NCBI RefSeq assembly: GCF_001458695.1
Contig: NZ_LN885086.1
Span: 1 to 32,000, forward strand
Length of the DNA stretch: 32,000 nt
From: Candidatus Nitrospira inopinata
GTDB taxonomy: Bacteria > Nitrospirota > Nitrospiria > Nitrospirales > Nitrospiraceae
Direction: 5' to 3'
The position numbers were made by a program, and so were the translations under genes. Positions 18,103 through 26,352 of this stretch are shown in pieces (positions within the stretch are counted from its first letter, which is position 1; the number at the start of each line of letters is the position of its first letter). Under the pieces are notes generated by a model, which searched no databases, was not told the origin of the DNA, and saw nothing but the letters and a program-made list of their open reading frames with translations.

Positions 18103-18468
18103 ATGGCCACCATCCTGGTCATCGATGACGAACAGTCGATTCGGAAGCTGTTAAGAGAAGTCCTCGAAAAAGAGGGGCACCACGTGCTCGAGGCCGCCAA
18201 CGGCCGCGAGGGGCTGGTTTTGTACCAGAAACAGCCCGTGGATCTGGTGATCATGGACCTATTGATGCCCGATACGGACGGATTGGAAGCGACCCTTCAG
18301 CTCACTCGCGAATATCTCGACGCCAAGGTCATCGCGATGACGGGGGCGCAGGGAGACCGCAACTTTCTGGACGTGGCCAAACTGTTCGGCGCGCGCCGCA
18401 CGATCGAAAAGCCGTTCGACATCAACGCTCTTCTCCAACTCGTAAAGGAAGAACTCTCGGCGCCGTGA
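18103..18468 (+). CDS. Single-domain CheY-like response regulator receiver.
   Basis: ILVIDDEQSIR, DLVIMDLLMPDTDGLE (phospho-acceptor Asp), KVIAMTG, EKPF. GGAGGA lies 7 nt before the ATG. No output domain and no adjacent kinase. Confidence 0.9.
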   Translation: MATILVIDDEQSIRKLLREVLEKEGHHVLEAANGREGLVLYQKQPVDLVIMDLLMPDTDGLEATLQLTREYLDAKVIAMTGAQGDRNFLDVAKLFGARRTIEKPFDINALLQLVKEELSAP

Positions 18469-18561
18469 TTTGGATCGATCACGCTGCGACCGTTTGACGT
18501 CACACCGTTTCCCCTCGCCCCTTCCCCCTTCCAACCGGACGACAGGCGGACCGTCGATCTT

Positions 18562-19413
18562 CTACCGCCCCGTCATGTGCCTGCGCGCCAGCCCGCGCAT
18601 CATCGTCGGATCGCTGAATCCGACCTCGCTCAACGCGTCCATGAGATGAAGTTTCTTTTCTTTCGCCAACCGCTTGGCCTTGGCGTAATTCGCCGCGCCG
18701 AACCGCGCCACAGCCGGCCGGCCGTTCACGATTTGACAGGCCAGCGCTTCTCCGTTCACTTCGAGGACGCCCCCCTCCTCGATCAGAGTCTTGGCCTGCT
18801 CCATCGTGATCCCGTGCAACTCGGCGAACTCCCGTAGGCCGCCGGTTTCCACAAGCCGACCGTCCGGCATGATGCAGAGCCGCTTGAAATGGGGCGACCA
18901 ATCCTTGCGGAAGTCGATGTACTTGATGTCTCCCCCCTTGGCGACGGCATGATCCAACGTGCGATAGTCCAGCCCCAGGTTCTTCGATCTCAACCTCTCT
19001 TGCAAATCTTTCGGGAGAGTGCTCTGGAACACCAGCGTCGCCGCTTCCTCCAACGTCACCCCCCGCGCCCGTGACAGTTGCTCCGCCTCGGCAAACTGGA
19101 CCAGATCCAAAACGAAGGTCTGTTTGGGGCTTGCGCCGCTCCGATCGATGACACAGGCAAACAGACCGCGCGTCAACAATCCGCCCGCCTGCGGATACAC
19201 ATAGACCCCTCCCTCCCTGAGCAACGTCGTCATCGCGTCGAGCGGCACATCGTAACTTTCCGACAGAATCTTGGCATGGGCTTCCAGATCTTCCGGAAAC
19301 GTCATCGCGCAAACCGTCACGTTGCCCGGCGCGTCGAAGTCGGAATAGTCCTCCACGATGTTGTAGAGGACGATCGGCTTGGACTTCTCGGGTTTTTTCT
19401 TGATCTTAAACAT
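18562..19413 (-). CDS. Hypothetical protein (283 aa) with internal repeats, translationally coupled to the upstream SagB-like gene.
   Basis: ATG 19413 is preceded by GAGG and overlaps the TAA (19406-19408) of the upstream gene. Repeated segments: SESYDVPLDAMTTLLREGGVYVYPQAGGLLTRGLFACVID / AELHGITMEQAKTLIEEGGVLEVNGEALACQIVN / ARGVTLEEAATLVFQS. I recognise no family. Confidence 0.7.
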   Translation of the reverse strand: MFKIKKKPEKSKPIVLYNIVEDYSDFDAPGNVTVCAMTFPEDLEAHAKILSESYDVPLDAMTTLLREGGVYVYPQAGGLLTRGLFACVIDRSGASPKQTFVLDLVQFAEAEQLSRARGVTLEEAATLVFQSTLPKDLQERLRSKNLGLDYRTLDHAVAKGGDIKYIDFRKDWSPHFKRLCIMPDGRLVETGGLREFAELHGITMEQAKTLIEEGGVLEVNGEALACQIVNGRPAVARFGAANYAKAKRLAKEKKLHLMDALSEVGFSDPTMMRGLARRHMTGR

Positions 19414-21187
19414 CACCCGCCTCGCGCCCTTCCCGATTGAGATGTCCGTAGGGCGGCAGCGTCATGAGCCGTCGATCTTCAACCGGCCCGCCGACGGTGA
19501 AATGATAGAGCGACTGCAAACTCAGCCCCTGCACGGCGATAATTTGATGGACGGGGTCGTCGAAAAAACAGCCGATGCCGGTTCCACGCACTCCGGCCGC
19601 CTCCGCCTCCAGATACAGCACCTGGCCCAATAAACCAGCCTCCCAAAAGAGCCGCGGATACATCCATGCGCCGTGTCGCCGCAACGGCCCTTCAAATTCG
19701 GCCACCATGCCGCAGGAAAAAGCGCTGTCCCCCGCGATGTCCTGGTGGCAACTGACCTGCGCGGCCAAGCTCCGCGCGTCGCCTTCGAGCAACCAGAAAA
19801 ACGGCAGGCCCTCCGGGCGGCCCGGCGCCGGCACCCAACTGATCTCGGGATTGATGGAGCCGCGGATGAACGGCAATTTGTTTTCGTCGCGAACCAAAAA
19901 ATAGATCCCCGGCGTCAAGCCGTCGATTCGATGGACAAACAACAGGAGGTGAATCGCCGGCTTATAGGGCCAGACATCCCACGGCATCGGCCGGTCCAGT
20001 TGCGAGCGATCGGCCCGCGGCATGACCCGCTGCAACATGCGAAAAAAAACTGAGGCAGCAATCGACGTTTTGCCGTCGTAGGCCACGGCGCTGCGACGTT
20101 GCCGGATGATCTGCCCGGCCGAGGGACCCGTTCGATGTATCGACCGCGAGGCATCGGTCGCAAACGAATCGGGACGATCGACCGACCACGACTCCGTCAC
20201 GTCTTTCCAACTGACGGCCGCTACCTCGTCGATACTGTCCCAGTGAACGGCATGGTCTCGGCTCAACCGATTGGCCTTCCCATGCCATCGCGATCCGGCC
20301 AATTCGCGAACGATGGTCGGATCGAGCACGCAGGGAACCGAAGGCCGATCCGGTATCCCGCCGCCGTTATCAACGATGTTCGGCCAGACGACGCTCAGAC
20401 AGTCCGGATGTTCGGGCTCCGCCTCGGTAAAGTCGTCGGCTCGATCGGTTCCCAGCAGCGAGGCGACGGTTTGTTGGTTCGCGCCATCCAACAGCATCAT
20501 GTGCCAACCGAGCGTCGCAGCCGCGATGCGGGCCGTCCCGATCGCATGGCCGACGTCATGATTGCAATAGCGGAAGGCTCGCTCTCCGTATTTCCAAGCT
20601 TCTCGCCAATGCACCGATGTGAGCCCAAAGAGAAATGAGCCGGGAGGAAACGGGGCCAACAACGTCATCACGAGGTCTGCCGGAAACGAGGCACGACGTT
20701 CCAATCCATGTTCTCTGGGGGCATAGTGATAGAGCCCCGGTTTAAGCCCCAATCCGTCGATCCACGGCACCACCACATAACCTTCTGTGGGATGCAAATT
20801 GCCGGAGGAAGGATTGCTCCGCAAGGCCCATTCGGATTGCCCCGCCTTCTTCCAAGCCGACAGGGCCAAGGCAAACTCAAAGAAACGCGAGAGCGTCCGT
20901 TTGGTCACCGGCCGACAGGGAACGGCACCAGGATCGTAAATCGCCGCATAGGGCGGCGATTCCGGCTCTTCATCGGCTTCCAGCAAAGGAAGCGGGATCA
21001 GCTCCGCGCCCGCAAACCGCCGAAAGGGGTCCGGCTGATTGGCCCAATCCAGAAACCCCAACGATCGGGCGTAGCGATGGTAGTGGTGCTTGGTCCGCTC
21101 GTGGTAGCGGATCACCCGCTCGACGGGATCGTCCGATGCTGATTCGGCTTTGTGTCCTGAAGTTGAAGATCGGTCGTCGGCATTCAT
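19406..21187 (-). CDS. SagB/ThcOx-family, double nitroreductase-fold (FMN-type) oxidoreductase.
   Basis: 593 aa. N-terminal YHERTKHHYHRYARSLGFLDWANQPDPFRRF is the hallmark start of SagB-type dehydrogenase domains. The second half again ends in a nitroreductase-like GTGIGCFFDD...LYHFTVGGP. Confidence 0.75.
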   Translation of the reverse strand: MNADDRSSTSGHKAESASDDPVERVIRYHERTKHHYHRYARSLGFLDWANQPDPFRRFAGAELIPLPLLEADEEPESPPYAAIYDPGAVPCRPVTKRTLSRFFEFALALSAWKKAGQSEWALRSNPSSGNLHPTEGYVVVPWIDGLGLKPGLYHYAPREHGLERRASFPADLVMTLLAPFPPGSFLFGLTSVHWREAWKYGERAFRYCNHDVGHAIGTARIAAATLGWHMMLLDGANQQTVASLLGTDRADDFTEAEPEHPDCLSVVWPNIVDNGGGIPDRPSVPCVLDPTIVRELAGSRWHGKANRLSRDHAVHWDSIDEVAAVSWKDVTESWSVDRPDSFATDASRSIHRTGPSAGQIIRQRRSAVAYDGKTSIAASVFFRMLQRVMPRADRSQLDRPMPWDVWPYKPAIHLLLFVHRIDGLTPGIYFLVRDENKLPFIRGSINPEISWVPAPGRPEGLPFFWLLEGDARSLAAQVSCHQDIAGDSAFSCGMVAEFEGPLRRHGAWMYPRLFWEAGLLGQVLYLEAEAAGVRGTGIGCFFDDPVHQIIAVQGLSLQSLYHFTVGGPVEDRRLMTLPPYGHLNREGREAGDV

Positions 21188-21202
21188 CGGAATCGGAACG
21201 GC

Positions 21203-21231
21203 AGTCTAGCGAGCGGAAGCGACAAAGTAAA
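21203..21231 (-). promoter_or_regulatory. Candidate sigma70 promoter for the SagB-like operon.
   Basis: The minus strand reads TTTACT, 17-nt spacer, TAGACT. The -10 ends ~16 nt before ATG 21187, giving a short leader with no SD. Confidence 0.3.
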
Positions 21232-21275
21232 TGTGGCGGTTCAGTGGTCGAGACCGAAACGGCTCGCCTCACACA

Positions 21276-21304
21276 TTGATCTCCTCTCGACTTCCCGGTA
21301 TGCT
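21276..21304 (+). promoter_or_regulatory. Candidate sigma70 promoter for the divergent hypothetical/TPR genes.
   Basis: TTGATC (21276-21281), 17-nt spacer, TATGCT (21299-21304), about 45 nt upstream of ATG 21349. Confidence 0.35.
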
Positions 21305-21348
21305 CAAGTCTCCCGACAACTCCGCCTTAGAGGAGAGTGCGAGCCGCC

Positions 21349-21771
21349 ATGCGTTTCGATCCGGCCCTCGCCGCCCAGGACGCCTTTCGCGAATCCCAAC
21401 AGGAACTCGGCCCGGACTGGGAAACGGCCGTTGAGTTGGAACGGACGTTTTCCTCCAGCGCCGGCACGGAGGCGCGGGAGGCCTATGAACGCTTGCTCGC
21501 CATCGCGCATCACTATCCAAACGCCGGATCGTTTCAGGCGTTCTGCATCTACATCACCTGGCAACAGGCAACGGAAGAAACGATCGCCCGTCACTTCGAA
21601 ACAGGTTTGGCGCTCTGCGAAGCGTATCTCGCGTCACATAAAGCCGGCGACCTTCCACATACCGAGCGAATCACGGAATTGCGCGCCTCTTTTCGGACGG
21701 GATTGGGATTGCAGGAAGAGGACGAAATGCTGATCGACTACCAGAGCGACACACCGAAGGGGGGCGACTGA
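21349..21771 (+). CDS. Hypothetical all-helical acidic protein (140 aa).
   Basis: Good coding appearance. AGGAG at 21331-21335. No recognisable motif. Track start 21337 (GTG) overlaps the SD. Confidence 0.6.
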   Translation: MRFDPALAAQDAFRESQQELGPDWETAVELERTFSSSAGTEAREAYERLLAIAHHYPNAGSFQAFCIYITWQQATEETIARHFETGLALCEAYLASHKAGDLPHTERITELRASFRTGLGLQEEDEMLIDYQSDTPKGGD

Positions 21772-21868
21772 CGCAGGGAGGCCCCACAGGTTAAGTGTCG
21801 AGTGATGGACGTCGCGTTGAACCTCCCGAACGCGGGGAATCGCCGCCGATCGTCGACGCCGATGACGC

Positions 21869-22633
21869 ATGGGCGATAATCACAAACATCGAGCGCGGAT
21901 TTTTCTGCATCGCGGAGATCTGAGCCATGCCCGTGAAGCCTGGGAAGCGGCGGTGGCGGAAGACCGCGCCGACGGCAACCGAAGCGAGCTCGCCAACTCG
22001 TTGGGCAACCTGGGAAACACTTGCGCGCTGATGAACGACTTCGACCGCGCGGAGCGATGCTACCGTGAAGTCCTGACCATCCAGCGGACGGAGCGCAATC
22101 AACACGCCATCGCCCACACGCTCGTCAATCTCGGCAATCTCCTGATCGGCGCCGACCGTCCGGACAAAGCCCGCCCCTATTATCTTGAGGCGCTGGACAT
22201 CCTGCGCGAGTTGAAGGACGATCGCGCTCTCGGCATCCTCTATCACAATCTGGGACAGCAAGAGGCCCGCGACGGCCGATGGAGCGAAGCCGTCGCGTCG
22301 TTTGCGCGGGCGCTCGATCACCATCGGATCGTCGGCAACGAGGAAGGGCTGGCGGTCACGTACAGCCAACTGGGAAAAACGTTCTTCGACCACGGCGATC
22401 TCGTTCAAGCCGAACGTTGTCTCAACAATGCCTCGGAACATTACATCAGGCTCGGCCAGGAACCGGCCGAAGCAGCCGTGCTTCGCCTGCTCGCCACCGT
22501 CTATGAGACTCGTCGTGACGCGATTTCAGCCCGCCGCTGTCTGGAGCGAGCGGTCTTGCTCGACCGGCGGTACCGGCTTCCGGAATTGGAAGCCGACTCC
22601 GCCCGCCTGGCCGGTCTTGACCGTTCGGGATAG
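21869..22633 (+). CDS. Tetratricopeptide-repeat (TPR) protein.
   Basis: Five to six 40-aa repeats of the type LANSLGNLGNTCALMNDFDRAERCYREVL / IAHTLVNLGNLLIGADRPDKARPYYLEAL / LGILYHNLGQQEARDGRWSEAVASFARAL. Confidence 0.8.
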   Translation: MGDNHKHRARIFLHRGDLSHAREAWEAAVAEDRADGNRSELANSLGNLGNTCALMNDFDRAERCYREVLTIQRTERNQHAIAHTLVNLGNLLIGADRPDKARPYYLEALDILRELKDDRALGILYHNLGQQEARDGRWSEAVASFARALDHHRIVGNEEGLAVTYSQLGKTFFDHGDLVQAERCLNNASEHYIRLGQEPAEAAVLRLLATVYETRRDAISARRCLERAVLLDRRYRLPELEADSARLAGLDRSG

Positions 22634-22802
22634 TTTGCGCCTTCGCTCTTTGCCAATGATCGATTGACTTGCTCTCCGGCACCGTCCGGCTGAACTTCAG
22701 GAATTCCTGGACAGGACGTCATGCTCTGATACCGTGATGGCGTCACGCCGACGGTCAAGTTTTGACCCGGACCGGCCGACAGGAGATTGTCACGGATCGC
22801 AC

Positions 22803-23414
22803 ATGCCGTTTCGTATCCGAGCGTTCTTCATGATCATCGTCGGGGCCTGTCTGACTGTTCCACCGGCGCAGGGCGCAGACCCATCTCCGGATGCTCCCCG
22901 CATCACGATCGGCACACAGGAAGTCGGTCTCACCGCCGGGTATCTGCTGCCCCATCGGCTGACGACGGACCATACGACCAAACAGCAAGGACCGGCCCTG
23001 ATGCCGTCGTGGATGATGACGCTCACCGATCCCTTCGGCCCACGCTGGCTTCGCGGGCAGGTCGCCATCGGCGCGGAAATGGTCTATCTTCAATTTCGCG
23101 AACCGATCCTGACGCACGGCATCGGCTTTACGCCAAAAATCAAATACAGCCTCATCCTCATGGATCGGCTGCGCCCATATCTGGAGTTCGCCGGAGGTCC
23201 GTTCTGGACCGACCTCGGCGGGCGGATTCCCGAAGAAGCCAACGAGTTCAACTTCATCGTAACCGGCGGCGTCGGCCTGTCATGGTTTCTGACGCCGCAG
23301 ACAGCCTTCAACGTCGGCTACCGATTTCATCATATTTCCAACGCCGGCACCGCCTATCCGAATTTGGGGCTCAACTCGAGTCTCCCCTTCTGCGGGTTTT
23401 CATTTTATTTCTAA
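22803..23414 (+). CDS. PagL-like lipid A deacylase / acyloxyacyl hydrolase family outer-membrane beta-barrel.
   Basis: Signal peptide (FFMIIVGACLTVPPAQGA). Catalytic-type YRFHHISNAG (His-x-Ser-Asn). Alternating beta-strand pattern and C-terminal GFSFYF. Confidence 0.7.
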   Translation: MPFRIRAFFMIIVGACLTVPPAQGADPSPDAPRITIGTQEVGLTAGYLLPHRLTTDHTTKQQGPALMPSWMMTLTDPFGPRWLRGQVAIGAEMVYLQFREPILTHGIGFTPKIKYSLILMDRLRPYLEFAGGPFWTDLGGRIPEEANEFNFIVTGGVGLSWFLTPQTAFNVGYRFHHISNAGTAYPNLGLNSSLPFCGFSFYF

Positions 23415-23425
23415 GGAGACGCCGT

Positions 23426-24166
23426 ATGGCTGCTTATAAGACGGGCTGGATCATGCTGGGGCTGTTCACCATGGCGACGCTCGGGTGCGGTCGCTGGATC
23501 GACGTGATGCCCCCGCCGCCGTCCGACGCCGCCTCCGTCGCGCGCACGGTCTCCAAGGACGAACGCGTTCCCCTCGTCGTGGAGGGCTTCCACGTGGTTC
23601 AGAACGGCGCTCCCCAGCATCCGTCATCCGATTTGGAGCGTCGCCTGCTCACCAGCGTCCAAGAAACCCGCCTCTTTTCGACCGTGATTCCCTTGGGAGG
23701 CGACTCGTCCTCCTTGAGCGAGAAAACCGTGACCGCGCGAATGACCCTGGAAGAGACCATCGATCCCCGGTCGGGGGCTTCAGCCTGGAAAGGATTTCTG
23801 GTCGGGGCTTCGATGTTTCTCCTCGCGCCGCTCATCGAACTCGACTACGGCTATGCCGCGCAGGCCACGCTGGAACTCGAACGATGGGACGGCGACGTCC
23901 GTCGCTACGAGGCCGCCTCCTCCGGAACCGCCCGCTATCATCTCTTTGGAGCCACGCCGATCCTGTTCGACGAGCTCAAGGGACAAGTGACGGAGACTTG
24001 TCTGCAGGACTTGATGCGTCAACTGATACGGGACGGCGAGCGGTACCTGGCCGGCTACTCGTCATCCCCGCCGGCAATCCGCACCGTCACGGTGGGGGCT
24101 CGAAAGTCGACTCCCAGGCCGGGTGAGAATCCTGCCGTGCCCATCGCCATCAACCCCGCGCCCTAG
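23426..24166 (+). CDS. Hypothetical lipoprotein (246 aa).
   Basis: AAGGAG lies 7 nt before ATG 23426. Signal peptide with a lipobox-like MATLGC. It forms the second half of track ORF 22787..24166, whose first half is an out-of-frame overlap with the PagL-like gene. Confidence 0.7.
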   Translation: MAAYKTGWIMLGLFTMATLGCGRWIDVMPPPPSDAASVARTVSKDERVPLVVEGFHVVQNGAPQHPSSDLERRLLTSVQETRLFSTVIPLGGDSSSLSEKTVTARMTLEETIDPRSGASAWKGFLVGASMFLLAPLIELDYGYAAQATLELERWDGDVRRYEAASSGTARYHLFGATPILFDELKGQVTETCLQDLMRQLIRDGERYLAGYSSSPPAIRTVTVGARKSTPRPGENPAVPIAINPAP

Positions 24167-24183
24167 CGGATTCCGACGCGTCG

Positions 24184-24200
24184 ATGCTATAGTACGGCGG
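24184..24200 (+). promoter_or_regulatory. Extended -10-like element (TGCTATAGT), shared with the ECF sigma upstream region.
   Basis: ATGCTATAGTACGGCGG. The same ATGCTATAGTA followed by CGGCG recurs at 25688. It lies ~70 nt upstream of ATG 24269. Confidence 0.35.
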
Positions 24201-24268
24201 TCACGGCGACGGCGCGCAAACCAGCCGCGGTTTCGCGCGCGCAGCCAGCCGTGAGAAAGGAGCCGTCC

Positions 24269-24469
24269 ATGACTCTCGCCGAAGCTCGACAGCGCATCGA
24301 ATGGGCCATCACCCAGTTCGGACAACATGCCGCCCCCGCCATCGATCTCGTCATGGCCGAAGTCCGATCAGACATGGGTGCCGGCGCGTTCAACGAGCTG
24401 GTCGATGATTTCGACCTTGAGCTGTTGTACAACATCGCTCCCATGGAATCCGACCACTCGAACAGTTAA
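24269..24469 (+). CDS. Hypothetical small acidic protein (66 aa).
   Basis: AAGGAG lies 6 nt before ATG 24269. MTLAEARQRIEWAITQFGQHAAPAIDLVMAEVRSDMGAGAFNELVDDFDLELLYNIAPMESDHSNS. No recognised family. Confidence 0.6.
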   Translation: MTLAEARQRIEWAITQFGQHAAPAIDLVMAEVRSDMGAGAFNELVDDFDLELLYNIAPMESDHSNS

Positions 24470-24563
24470 CCGTGCCGAACCTCAAGGGACCAGCGTCTTC
24501 CGCTCCGCGTCTTCCCTCACATTGGTTCACTCGTCGCCTGTCGTTTAAGCGTCCTTCTTTTCG

Positions 24564-25646
24564 ATGCCGCTGATCTGGGCCGCGATCTCAGCCCACGGAT
24601 TCGGCCATGCCGCGCAGGTCGTGCCGGTTCTTCACGCGCTGGGGCGGCTCGTTCCCGATCTCCACGTGCTGCTTCGAACCACCGTTCCTCCTTCGTTTTT
24701 CACAAACCGGCTTGCGGTTCCCTTCGATGTTCAACCCGCGCAACAAGACGTCGGCTGTATTCAAGAGGGACCGCTGTCGATCGATACGGCGGCAACGTGG
24801 CGCGCGCACCATCGGTTTCATTTGACTTGGGAAGAACGGCTGCGGGCCGAAGTGTCGGCCATGCTCGACGCCCGCCCCGACCTGATCCTGGCCGACACAC
24901 CCTACTTGGCCGTCGCAGCCGGAGCGAAGGCCGGCATTCCCACCGTCGCTCTCATGAATTTTACGTGGGACCTGGTGCTTTCGGCGTTCACGCCGCCGCC
25001 GGAGATTCCCCATGAGGCATTGCTGCGTGCAATCCGCCGAGCCTATGCCCACGCCGACCTTGCGCTCCGCATCACGCCGGCCCCTGTCGTCACCGATTTT
25101 CAGCGGCTGCTCGACGTCGGTCCGATCGCGGAGCCCGCCTCCCCCGCCCGCGATCGACTCGCGGCGCGCCTTCGGCTCGCTCCCGGAGAGCGGACCGTGT
25201 TGGTCGGATTCGGCGGCATCCCGTTGTCGACTCTTCCGTTTGAATCCTTGCGCGCCGCGACCGGGTATCGGTTTCTGTTCGACGGCTCGGTTCCCCACGG
25301 CGATCGGCGATTTGTCTCAACCCGCTCGTTGCCTTTTTCCTTCAAAGAACTGCTGGCCTCCGCGGATGTCATCATGACGAAGCCGGGATACGGAACGGTG
25401 GTCGAAGCCGTGGCGCTGGGCATTCTGCTCGTCTATGTCCGCCGATATAATTTCGCCGACGAGCAACCGTTGGTGGAGTTCCTTCACCGGCACGGGCGGG
25501 GGATCGAATTATCGCAACAGGATTTCGCAGCCGGCCGGTGGTTGGCCGCGCTCGATTCCGCCGTCGCTCTTCTCCCCCCGCCTTTTCCCCCGCCCTCGAC
25601 GAGCGGAGCGGAGGACGCCGCCGAATTGTTGGCGACGTTTTTGTGA
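24564..25646 (+). CDS. GT-B fold glycosyltransferase (MurG/UDP-glycosyltransferase-like, GT1/GT28-type).
   Basis: N-terminal AISAHGFGHAAQVVPVL (the HGxGH motif of this GT group) and C-terminal nucleotide-sugar motif IMTKPGYGTVVEA. Confidence 0.7.
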   Translation: MPLIWAAISAHGFGHAAQVVPVLHALGRLVPDLHVLLRTTVPPSFFTNRLAVPFDVQPAQQDVGCIQEGPLSIDTAATWRAHHRFHLTWEERLRAEVSAMLDARPDLILADTPYLAVAAGAKAGIPTVALMNFTWDLVLSAFTPPPEIPHEALLRAIRRAYAHADLALRITPAPVVTDFQRLLDVGPIAEPASPARDRLAARLRLAPGERTVLVGFGGIPLSTLPFESLRAATGYRFLFDGSVPHGDRRFVSTRSLPFSFKELLASADVIMTKPGYGTVVEAVALGILLVYVRRYNFADEQPLVEFLHRHGRGIELSQQDFAAGRWLAALDSAVALLPPPFPPPSTSGAEDAAELLATFL

Positions 25647-25687
25647 TACGCACGGATTGCCCGTTTCATTCGTCGAACGGAGAAACA

Positions 25688-25706
25688 ATGCTATAGTAAC
25701 GGCGCG
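25688..25706 (+). promoter_or_regulatory. Extended -10-like element (TGCTATAGT) upstream of the ECF sigma operon.
   Basis: ATGCTATAGTAACGGCGCG, about 45 nt upstream of ATG 25747. Near-identical to 24184-24200. Confidence 0.35.
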
Positions 25707-25746
25707 TGCTCGACGAAGGAAGCGTCGGGCTTCTCATACGTCGCTT

Positions 25747-26352
25747 ATGCGCCAAGATCCAGAACAAGCCGTCTCAACCATCGAGCCCGCTCTGCTGTCC
25801 CGAGTGGTGAAGGGCGAGCACCAAGCTTTCTCTCGCCTCTATGATCTGTCCAGCGCGCTTCTCTACAGCCTCGCGCTCAAGATTTTGGGAAACCGCGAGG
25901 AAGCGGCCGACCTGCTGCAAGAGATCTACCTTGAAATCTGGAAAAGGGCGGCGCGATACGACGTAGGCCGCGGCACGCCCATCGCCTGGCTGATCACGTT
26001 GACCCGCAACCGCGCCGTCGACCGATTGCGAACGGGAAACGGCCGTGCCAAACGCCGGCCCGCCCACCTGCCGAACGGCTCGACGACGGAACAGACGGCG
26101 GATCAACCTTCCGGTTCCTTCGATGCGCGGGCCGACCAGGAGCTCCGACGACTGATCCTCGCCGCGGCGGCCGGTCTGCCGTCGGCGCAACGGGAAGCCA
26201 TTGAAATGGCCTACTATACCGGTCTCTCTTACGCGGAGATTTCCTCCAGGCTCAATCAGTCCCCCGAAACCGTGAAGACCCGCATCAAGCTCGCCATGAC
26301 CAAACTGCGGGAAGCCCTGCAAGCAGAGGAGGAGCGCAATACCCCTTCATGA
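25747..26352 (+). CDS. ECF-type RNA polymerase sigma-70 family factor.
   Basis: Region 2 (LLQEIYLEIW...IAWLITLTRNRAVDRLR) and region 4 (REAIEMAYYTGLSYAEISSRLNQSPETVKTRIKLAMTKLR). The track ORF start 25435 is a long out-of-family extension overlapping the GT gene. Confidence 0.9.
   Translation: MRQDPEQAVSTIEPALLSRVVKGEHQAFSRLYDLSSALLYSLALKILGNREEAADLLQEIYLEIWKRAARYDVGRGTPIAWLITLTRNRAVDRLRTGNGRAKRRPAHLPNGSTTEQTADQPSGSFDARADQELRRLILAAAAGLPSAQREAIEMAYYTGLSYAEISSRLNQSPETVKTRIKLAMTKLREALQAEEERNTPS

Noticed and set aside
22787-23425. N-terminal 213 codons of track ORF 22787..24166.
   Set aside because: Out-of-frame overlap with the PagL-like gene. The real gene starts at ATG 23426, which has AAGGAG and a lipoprotein signal peptide.
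25712-25747. ECF-like GGAAGC-N15-CGTC just upstream of the sigma ATG, which would imply a leaderless, autoregulated sigma mRNA.
   Set aside because: The -35 is off-consensus and the spacing is short. The extended -10 element at 25690-25697 is a simpler explanation. Left untested.
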